DNA from: Verrucomicrobiota bacterium
GTDB taxonomy: Bacteria > Verrucomicrobiota > Verrucomicrobiia > Limisphaerales > CANJXF01
DNA: 31,155 bases
Direction of reading: 5' to 3'
Assembly: GCA_038214755.1 (NCBI GenBank)
Contig: JBBQRQ010000060.1
Coordinates: forward strand, 1 to 31,155
Position 1 is the stretch's first letter; each line of letters starts with the position of its first letter. Under the pieces are notes generated by a model, which did not search any database, was not told the origin of the DNA, and was given only the letters and a program-made list of their open reading frames with translations. Position numbers and translations under genes: made by a program. This document shows positions 24,138-31,155 of this stretch, one piece after another.

Positions 24138-26876
24138 ATGAGCATTGCATCTGAACCAAAACTTTGTCCGAAATGCGGGGCGACTATTCCCGCCGAAGCG
24201 CCGCAGGGGCTTTGTCCGAAATGTCTTTTGTTGGAAATCTCGACTCCCACCGACGCGGGACAGAGCGCGCATTCCAAATCCATTCCGCCGACGCGCGATG
24301 AACTGGCGGCGGCATTTCCGCATCTGGAAATTCTGGAGCTGATTGGCCAGGGCGGAATGGGTTTCGTTTTCAAAGCGCGCCAACCGAAGCTCGACCGTTT
24401 CGTCGCGCTGAAAATTCTCCCACAATCGCTCGCGGCTGACCCGGCGTTTGCGGAACGATTCTCGCGCGAAGGCCGATTGCTCGCGCGCCTGAATCATCCG
24501 AACATCGTGACGGTTCACGACTTCGGTGTAGCGTCAGGCATCCTGCCTGACGTAGAGCCGGGCTTCCAGCCCGGCGGAAAAAGCGTGGATGAAGGAGAGA
24601 GTGAGAAAATTTCAAATGCTCCGACTAATACGTCCGCCAATCCGCGCGGCAGGATGCCGCGCTCTACGTCAGGCAAGATGCCTGACGCTACGGGCGCTTC
24701 GGTATTTTTTTATCTGCTCATGGAATTTGTGGATGGCGTGAATCTTCGGCAGGCGATGAAAGCCGGGCGTTTCACTCCTGAACAAGCGCTCGCCATCGTG
24801 CCAAAAATTTGCGAAGCGCTCCAGTTCGCGCACAACGAAGGCATCCTCCATCGCGACATCAAACCGGAAAATATTTTGCTCGATACGAAAGGCCGCGTGA
24901 AGATCGCTGACTTCGGCATCGCGAAATTGATCAGTGACGTAGGGCAGACATTCCTGTCTGCCGGTGCGGGCGACTTTCCAGTCGCCAGTGGGAAGGGTGC
25001 GGGGGAAAAGGACACAAACGCGGGACTGGAAAGTCCCGCGCACCGGCAGGCTGGAAAGCCTGCCCTACAATCCGTGGCGCTCACCGGTGCGGGAAAAACC
25101 CTTGGCACGCCGAATTACATGGCGCCCGAACAAATTGCCACGCCCGGAGCGGTCGATCATCGCGCGGACATTTATTCGCTCGGCGTGGTCTTTTACGAAA
25201 TGCTCACTGGCGAATTGCCGTTGGGCCGATTCGCTCCGCCCTCGCAAAAATCTTCCGCCGACCCGCGCCTCGACGATGTTGTCCTCCGCGCGCTGGAAAA
25301 AGAACCCAATCGACGCACCCAGAGCGCAGGCGAAGTGAAGACGCAGGTGGAGACGATTGCGACCAATCAGCCCCCGCCAATTTCCGCTCCGCCGAATTTA
25401 CCGGTTGAGCCGAAAAGATTTGTGGGACGTGGCGTAATGGTTGGTTTTTTGGTATTCGCTTTAATAGTTTTTGTCACAACGGTGGCCACTCTCCTTTTGC
25501 CAAAAACCTACAAAGCCAGGTCGCTTATTTTGCTGGAAACAAAATTCCAATTTATCCGACCGGAAATTTCGGTTGGATCATCCGATGATAAAGTTCTTAA
25601 AAAAGTATCTGCAGACCTCAATTTGAAAGAGAGATGGAAGGCGCGCATTGATAAGATGGAAAAAAAAGAACCATTCCTTCTCTCAGCGTTCCGTCGCACC
25701 GCTTCGCCAGACGAGGTCCGAGAGTTAGCGGCAATCATATTGTTGCAAAAATCGTTGACGATTGTTCGGAATGGCAACACTTCGATCTTCGAGATTTCTT
25801 TCCTTGGACCAAACGCAGCAGAGGCCGCTGAGATCGCGAATGCTGTTGCCGCAGGTTTTATGGTGAGAGCGGCGGAGGATGGATCAATAAGAATATTATT
25901 TATTGATAAGGCCACTCCAAATCGGCGTCCCGTTGCCCCGAATATTTATCGAAACATTGCGGGCGGTGTTTTGGGCGGCATGATCCTCGGTCTCGTTTCT
26001 GCATTAATAACGATTCTGGTTTCGCGCAAACGGAATTCTTCTCCGGCGATTGCACTACCACCTGCCGCTGCCTCGCGCGACCGATTCTGGAAACGTTTCG
26101 CAGTCGTGGTTGCGTTGGTGTTGCTGGCGGTGATTTTCGTTCCTACCGCAGTGCTTCTGTTGAGTTACAAAAGGAATACGCTAAGAGAGGGCGCGCGCGA
26201 TGCCGCCTACGAAAAATCATCGGCGAGCCAGCTTGTGATGTCCTCCGTGCCGTTTGACTCACACAATAATGGACCTGATCAATTGAATTGGGGTTTTAAG
26301 TGCTTCGTTCCACCTGATCATTTGGCGACCTTCTTGTTCGTGCGTTGGAGCAATGGCGTGCCAACGATTGATAAAGGATTTAGTGCCTATATCAAAGTTG
26401 GCAAAGCCGGTGGAATCGACATCCCATTTTGCTCTTTTTCCTGTTACAGGATTCAAGCGCTGCTGGACGGAAAGTGGAATGATGATCAACGCAGAAAGTT
26501 TTTTTCAGAACACGATTTTCCAGAGTCCGTCAATCCCACAAACATCGTGCAATGGAATGTAAATCTGGGCGGAGGTTTTACGATTAGCGGTTGGAAAGAC
26601 ATGCCGACGTATCAGCAAATTCAACTGAACCTTCCGTTAAGTGTTCGGTCAGGCCACCAACGCACGATTCGCCTAGTCGATTTGGAGAATTTCGAAGCAA
26701 ATACAAACCATCAATCTGGCGTGGAATTGCGCGTATTTCTCCAGCCGCTGACGTTGCCCCCCATCCGAACGCGCGCGAATGAGATTAATCGGACGAATTA
26801 CGTTTACGGAAGTGGTCTTGTTGGAACAACAGAGGAAGCTCTGACCGCGATGAAGAACTTGCCGCTTGAGCCGTGA
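24138..26876 (+). CDS. Membrane Hanks-type Ser/Thr protein kinase with N-terminal double CxxC, two in-frame REP insertions and a Wzz/CpsC-like module
   Basis: CPKC..CPKC; IGQGGMG, VALK, HPNIV, MEFVDG, HRDIKPEN, DFG, GTPNYMAPEQ, DIYSLG; three TM segments downstream. Confidence 0.95.
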   Translation: MSIASEPKLCPKCGATIPAEAPQGLCPKCLLLEISTPTDAGQSAHSKSIPPTRDELAAAFPHLEILELIGQGGMGFVFKARQPKLDRFVALKILPQSLAADPAFAERFSREGRLLARLNHPNIVTVHDFGVASGILPDVEPGFQPGGKSVDEGESEKISNAPTNTSANPRGRMPRSTSGKMPDATGASVFFYLLMEFVDGVNLRQAMKAGRFTPEQALAIVPKICEALQFAHNEGILHRDIKPENILLDTKGRVKIADFGIAKLISDVGQTFLSAGAGDFPVASGKGAGEKDTNAGLESPAHRQAGKPALQSVALTGAGKTLGTPNYMAPEQIATPGAVDHRADIYSLGVVFYEMLTGELPLGRFAPPSQKSSADPRLDDVVLRALEKEPNRRTQSAGEVKTQVETIATNQPPPISAPPNLPVEPKRFVGRGVMVGFLVFALIVFVTTVATLLLPKTYKARSLILLETKFQFIRPEISVGSSDDKVLKKVSADLNLKERWKARIDKMEKKEPFLLSAFRRTASPDEVRELAAIILLQKSLTIVRNGNTSIFEISFLGPNAAEAAEIANAVAAGFMVRAAEDGSIRILFIDKATPNRRPVAPNIYRNIAGGVLGGMILGLVSALITILVSRKRNSSPAIALPPAAASRDRFWKRFAVVVALVLLAVIFVPTAVLLLSYKRNTLREGARDAAYEKSSASQLVMSSVPFDSHNNGPDQLNWGFKCFVPPDHLATFLFVRWSNGVPTIDKGFSAYIKVGKAGGIDIPFCSFSCYRIQALLDGKWNDDQRRKFFSEHDFPESVNPTNIVQWNVNLGGGFTISGWKDMPTYQQIQLNLPLSVRSGHQRTIRLVDLENFEANTNHQSGVELRVFLQPLTLPPIRTRANEINRTNYVYGSGLVGTTEEALTAMKNLPLEP
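24528..24691. repeat. GTAG-foot double-hairpin REP doublet, in frame in the kinase N-lobe
   Basis: GTAGCGTCAGGCATCCTGCCTGACGTAGAGCCGGGCTTCCAGCCCGGCGGA (24528-24578) and inverted partner 24641-24691. Confidence 0.92.
24939..25068. repeat. GTAG-foot double-hairpin REP doublet, in frame in the kinase activation loop
   Basis: GTAGGGCAGACATTCCTGTCTGCCGGTGCGGGCGACTTTCCAGTCGCC (24939-24986) and inverted partner 25021-25068. Confidence 0.92.
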
Positions 26877-26882
26877 GCCAAC

Positions 26883-27626
26883 TTGAAAACCTCAACACAA
26901 TTCTCGCCGCATTCGGAAACTTTCGTCACCACGCAATGGACGCGTGTGCTGGAAGCGCGCGGCGATTCGCCGGAAGCAAAAGTAGCGTTGAGCGAATTGT
27001 GCGCGGCGTATTATGCGCCGGTGTTTACGTTCGTTCGTCGCAATGCGCGGGACGAAGATGCGGCGCGTGATTTGACGCAGGAATTTTTTGCACGGCTTCT
27101 GGCGCGACAAGGGTTGAATTCTGTCGAACAAAACAAAGGACGTTTTCGTTCTTACCTCCTCGGCGCGGCGAAACATTTTCTCGCCGATGCACGCGACCGT
27201 GCGAACGCCGCAAGACGCGGCTCCGGCCAATTGCACCAATCCATCGAGCCGGGAACCGACACGTCGCCGGGTTTGCAATTGGCAGATGAGAATGCGTTGA
27301 GTCCCGATGGCGAGTTCGATAAAAAGTGGGCGCTCACACTTCTGGAACGCGCGCTCGCCGCACTCGCTGCCGAACAAAAAGCCGCCGGAAAACTTCATCA
27401 GTTTGAAATTCTAAAATCATGGCTGACTGGCGATGCCGAAACTTTTTCCCAAGCTGATGCCGCGCGACAACTCGACATGAATGAAGGCGCGGTGAAGGTC
27501 GCGATTCACCGATTGCGCCGACGCTTCCGCGAATTGGTCAAAGCGGAAATCGGCCAGACGTTGAATGATCCGTCGCAAGTCGCGGAAGAACTCGCGTGTC
27601 TGATCGCGGCGTTGTCGGGGAAATAG
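26883..27626 (+). CDS. ECF sigma-70 factor of the kinase-associated PVC type
   Basis: F.TT.W..V N-terminus; ARDLTQEFF and GRFRSYL (sigma2); AA.QL.M.EGAVKVAIHRLRRR (sigma4). Confidence 0.9.
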   Translation: MKTSTQFSPHSETFVTTQWTRVLEARGDSPEAKVALSELCAAYYAPVFTFVRRNARDEDAARDLTQEFFARLLARQGLNSVEQNKGRFRSYLLGAAKHFLADARDRANAARRGSGQLHQSIEPGTDTSPGLQLADENALSPDGEFDKKWALTLLERALAALAAEQKAAGKLHQFEILKSWLTGDAETFSQADAARQLDMNEGAVKVAIHRLRRRFRELVKAEIGQTLNDPSQVAEELACLIAALSGK

Positions 27627-27723
27627 TTCAAACGAAGACTGCTGAAACTTGCGACTGCCTTCGCGCTGTCTTAACTTCGTTCCACAATTCCTTTTGAAAA
27701 ATTTCATGTCGCCGCATTGGATC

Positions 27724-30720
27724 ATGCAAAAGATTTTTTTATTTCTCATCACTCTCACACTTGTGACACGGGCCGCTCTGGCGCAAACCAATCTCGCCGT
27801 GTTGACCGGCGATGGCGCGTGGACTTGGTATAACGACCCGCGCGCTCTTTTTCACAATGGGATTTTATATTTCGGTTACGTGCGCGGCAGCGATGGGCGC
27901 AGCGTGTTGAGCGCGTTCAATCCGCAGACCGGCTCGACGACGGAGCTTTGGTCGAGCGCGCTGGTGCAGAAAGATGATCACAACAATCCCGGCCTGCTCG
28001 TGAAACAAGACGGAACGTTGCTCGCGATTCACGCGCGACACGGCACGGACCAGTTTTTCAGCTATCGCACTTCCAATTCCACCAATCCCGTTTCGCCGAC
28101 GAATTGGAGCGCAGAGTTGACCATCGCGAACACGGGCGCGGGCGTGACTTACGCGAATCCCTATCAACTCACTTCCGAGCCGACGCGCATCTACGATTAC
28201 ATGCGCGATTTAAATTTTAATCCGACGGTAATTATTTCCACCAACGGCGGCGCGACGTGGGGCGCGCCGCAATTGTTCATTCAAAATGGGAACGGCAGCG
28301 TTCGTCCCTACGTGAAATACGCTTCCGATTACGCGAACCGAATTGAGTTTCTCTACACCGACGGCCATCCGCGCGACATCACGAATTCGCTTTACCATCT
28401 CTACTATCAAAACGGCGCTTATTACAAAACCGACGGAACCTTGGTGAAAAATTTTTCCAATTTGCCGATTCAACACGCGAGTGGCGAACGCGGCTCGGTG
28501 ATTTATCAATACAGTGATGCGCCGACGAATGATCCGAATGTTCATATTCCCACGGGACGCGCGTGGTGTTGGGAAACGGCGTATCAATCGAATGGAAATC
28601 CCCTCTGCGTCTTCACCGTGCAACGCGATCAAACGACGGGAACAAACTGGTTCGATGATCGCATCTATTATTACTACGCGCGCTGGACGGGGAGCAGTTG
28701 GCAGAAACGTTTCATCGCGCACGCCGGTCGTCCGCTCTACGAGGTGGAGGATGATTACGCGGGCGGAATTTGCGTTGATCCGAACAACGCGAACACGATT
28801 TATATTTCGAGCAACGCGCAAAATCCATTCGACTTGTCCACCACGACAAATGTGCCGTTGCGCGCCAATCAACGTTACGAACTTTATCGCGGCACCACGA
28901 CGGATGGCGGGCTGACTTTTTCGTGGCAAACCGTGACGACCAATTCCGCCGTGGATAATTTGCGTCCCTACATTCCACGCCATCAATCGGGCGCGAATCC
29001 CGTGGTGATTTGGTTTCGCGGAACCTACGCGAGTTATACCAGTTACAATTGCGAAGTCGTCGGCCTGTTCTCCACCGCGCTCCCGCAATTACCGTCGATC
29101 AGTATTATTCTGCCGCGCGTGCCGAGTCTCGCGCTGACCAATTTGAATAACGAATTGAAACTCGCCGCGTCACTCGTCGATGACGGGTTGCCGCAGCCAG
29201 CGACGCTGTCATGGACAACGGCGTCCGGTCCGACGAATGCAGTTTTTTCCAAGCCAAACGATTTGGAAACCACCGCGCGTTTTCCGACGAATGGCATTTA
29301 TGTTTTGCGCGTCACGGCGGACGACACGCTCGCGGCGCGTTTCGACGAAGTGACGGTTTTCGCCGGAGCCGTCGCGGAAAATCAAACCGATGCTTCGCGC
29401 GTGCTTTGGTTGAAGTTGGATGAGTCGAACAGTGCGGTGGCGAACGATAGTTCCGGAAATGGAAACAACGGCGTGGTCGCGGGCGGCGCGATTTTCCGCT
29501 CCACCGGTGGGGTGCGCGGTGGGGCGCTTGAACTCGATGGGGTCAACGATGAGGTGATTGTTCCCGATGCCAGCGCGCTCGATAACACGCCGGCTTTCAC
29601 ATTGGCGTATTGGTTTTATGCAAAAAGTTTTCCGGCGGATTCCGCCGGATTGGTTTCCAAACGCAACAGTGTTTCCGACAACAACGCCTACACGATGTAT
29701 TTGAAAAACGACAACCACATCTACGTGGACATCGACACCGCGAACAACCGCTTTTCCAGTTCGCTGCTCTACACAACCGGCCAGTGGTATCACGTCGCGT
29801 TGACCTTCGACGGCTCGGCCCCAAGCACGTCCCGCGCGAAACTTTGGATCGATGGAGCGCTCGACACGACGGCGACGGAATCAAGCGCGACGATTCCTAA
29901 TTACAATTCCGCTTTGCGTGTCGGCAACACGCACACCAACGTGGCGAACTGGATGAATGGATTTTTCGATGACGTGCAGTTTTATCGGCGCGCGTTGAGT
30001 GCGAATGAAATCATCGCGCTGGCTCTTAGAAATTTTGCTCCGAGCGTTTTCATCCTTTCGACCGCGGCAACCAATCGCCTTCCGACAACTGTAAATGGAA
30101 TCTTTGCGCCGGGTGGATCGCCGCTAACTTTTTTGTGGAGCAAAATCAGCGGAGCCGGAAATGCGAATTTTGATAATCCTGCTTCAGCGTCCACGCCCGT
30201 CACTTTTGATAAGGCCGGAAATTACACGCTGCAATTTTCGGCGGATGATGGACAAATCGCCATCGCGCAAAATCTCCCGCTGGTCGTCGCGGCGAATACC
30301 AATGTCTTTGAAGATTGGGCGGCGTTTGTTTTTCCGGGACAAACCAATCTGTCGATCATCGGCGCGTCGGCTGATCCGGATAGGGATAGGATTTCAAACT
30401 TCGCGGAATTCGCGTTGAACTTGAATCCCAACGTGAGCGACGCGAGCGCCTTTCAAATGGGTCAACCCGGAGTGCCCGCCGCCAGAATTGTGAATTTGTC
30501 CGGCACGAATTTCCTTGCGATACTGGTCAAACGTCCGGTTGGAAGAATCGGCGTGAGTTATGACGTGCAGGCCACGGCGGATTTTCAATCGTGGACTTCG
30601 GTGACTGCGGGGTCGCCGTCGAATAACGGTGATGCGACAGAAACGTTGACCTATCGCGATTCGGTTCCCGTGGCGAACGAGCCGCATCGTTTTCTTCGTC
30701 TCCAGTTAAACCAATTCTAA
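27724..30720 (+). CDS. Secreted BNR_4-type beta-propeller protein with PKD/Ig-like and LamG domains (putative carbohydrate-active)
   Basis: Signal peptide MQKIFLFLITLTLVTRAALA|Q; DGAWTWYNDPRA, DDHNNP, S.NGG.TW and T.DGG.TF Asp-boxes, RPYVKY; DDGLP..W...SGP Ig repeats; LamG (WLKLDE...GQWYHVALTFDG...DDVQFY.RALS); DPD.D...N..EFAL..NP; C-terminal RFLRL. Confidence 0.82.
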   Translation: MQKIFLFLITLTLVTRAALAQTNLAVLTGDGAWTWYNDPRALFHNGILYFGYVRGSDGRSVLSAFNPQTGSTTELWSSALVQKDDHNNPGLLVKQDGTLLAIHARHGTDQFFSYRTSNSTNPVSPTNWSAELTIANTGAGVTYANPYQLTSEPTRIYDYMRDLNFNPTVIISTNGGATWGAPQLFIQNGNGSVRPYVKYASDYANRIEFLYTDGHPRDITNSLYHLYYQNGAYYKTDGTLVKNFSNLPIQHASGERGSVIYQYSDAPTNDPNVHIPTGRAWCWETAYQSNGNPLCVFTVQRDQTTGTNWFDDRIYYYYARWTGSSWQKRFIAHAGRPLYEVEDDYAGGICVDPNNANTIYISSNAQNPFDLSTTTNVPLRANQRYELYRGTTTDGGLTFSWQTVTTNSAVDNLRPYIPRHQSGANPVVIWFRGTYASYTSYNCEVVGLFSTALPQLPSISIILPRVPSLALTNLNNELKLAASLVDDGLPQPATLSWTTASGPTNAVFSKPNDLETTARFPTNGIYVLRVTADDTLAARFDEVTVFAGAVAENQTDASRVLWLKLDESNSAVANDSSGNGNNGVVAGGAIFRSTGGVRGGALELDGVNDEVIVPDASALDNTPAFTLAYWFYAKSFPADSAGLVSKRNSVSDNNAYTMYLKNDNHIYVDIDTANNRFSSSLLYTTGQWYHVALTFDGSAPSTSRAKLWIDGALDTTATESSATIPNYNSALRVGNTHTNVANWMNGFFDDVQFYRRALSANEIIALALRNFAPSVFILSTAATNRLPTTVNGIFAPGGSPLTFLWSKISGAGNANFDNPASASTPVTFDKAGNYTLQFSADDGQIAIAQNLPLVVAANTNVFEDWAAFVFPGQTNLSIIGASADPDRDRISNFAEFALNLNPNVSDASAFQMGQPGVPAARIVNLSGTNFLAILVKRPVGRIGVSYDVQATADFQSWTSVTAGSPSNNGDATETLTYRDSVPVANEPHRFLRLQLNQF

Positions 30721-30759
30721 CCGGCGTATTTTATATGACCTCCCAAATGCGGACGAGCC

Positions 30760-30977
30760 CGGAGCGCCGGTTTGCAACCGGCTTACCCGTAATCATGCAG
30801 TTGGGAAATGACGCCAAGCCGCCAATGAAGTTGCTCTTGCGATAGGAGCGCGGAATTTATTCCGCTTCAACGTGGTTCATCGTTTGGTGTTCCATACCTG
30901 TAGGCCGAGGTTGCGTTGAAGCGGAATAAATTCCGCGCTCCTGCTGCATCGCGTGTGACTCCAACTGCATTGTTACG
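30760..30977. repeat. Nested REP cluster: solo GGAG arm and an outer inverted pair enclosing a perfect 29-bp REP doublet
   Basis: GGAGCGCCGGTTTGCAACCGGC (30761-30782); GTAATCATGCAGTTGG (30789-30804) / CCAACTGCATTGTTAC (30961-30976); AGGAGCGCGGAATTTATTCCGCTTCAACG (30844-30872) perfectly inverted at 30914-30942. Confidence 0.85.
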
Positions 30978-31022
30978 TCGTTGGCCGCTCGACGCCCAAA
31001 GCCCCGGCCACGTGAACTAGTC

Positions 31023-31155
31023 TAGTGTCCCGTAATTAGCTAGACATATTGGGTTTTCCGTGCAAAATTGGATTCATGGCGAAAATGGCGGCGGCGGTTC
31101 AACTCTCGGAGATCGACCGAAATCAACTCGGAACCTGGGTTCGAGCCCAATTCAC
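31023..31155 (+). mobile_element. Probable left end of an IS630-family insertion sequence
   Basis: cTAg-type site followed by GTGTCCCGTAATTAG and, ~50 nt later, an ORF resembling IS630 transposase N-termini; right end not in the window. Confidence 0.55.
31076..31155 (+). CDS. 5' fragment of a putative IS630 transposase (runs off the window)
   Basis: MAKMAAAVQLSEIDRNQLGTWVRAQFT matches the common IS630 start pattern A..I/V.LS..ER..L..W.R...T; only 26 full codons visible. Confidence 0.55.
   Translation, partial: MAKMAAAVQLSEIDRNQLGTWVRAQF

Noticed and set aside
24528..25068. Inteins or self-splicing introns in the kinase
   Set aside because: No Cys/Ser...His-Asn intein ends and too short for group I/II introns; boundaries coincide with inverted DNA repeats.
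1..31155. tRNA, rRNA, riboswitch or RAYT transposase gene
   Set aside because: Nothing recognisable; intergenic space is short or accounted for by repeats.

Overview
Bacterial genomic DNA, most consistent with Verrucomicrobiota (Pedosphaerales-like). This is inferred from protein styles: zinc-ribbon Ser/Thr kinase plus ECF sigma pair, TN-rich secreted proteins, large PilX-like pseudopilin. Left to right: (1) 5'-truncated pilC/gspF with a terminator; (2) a divergent BrnT/BrnA-like toxin-antitoxin pair sitting directly in front of (3) six tightly coupled (pseudo)pilin genes ending in a ~1375-aa PilX/GspK-like gene; (4) a 2334-aa multidomain S8 subtilase; (5) on the minus strand, a minimal type VII-like locus (three WXG100-like/helical genes plus a membrane-anchored FtsK/SpoIIIE EccC/EssC-like ATPase); (6) hicBA; (7) a Hanks-type kinase fused to a Wzz/CpsC-like module, followed by an ECF sigma factor; (8) a secreted BNR_4/PKD/LamG protein; (9) the probable left end of an IS630 element. 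The most striking unexplained structure is a dense population of several distinct REP-like (GTAG/GGAG-foot) inverted hairpin doublets and a MITE-like element. Many lie in frame inside genes at tolerant positions: cleavable prepilin leaders, two kinase loops, and a C-terminal tail. Their stems show compensatory covariation. All family calls are by motif recognition only; no searches were run.
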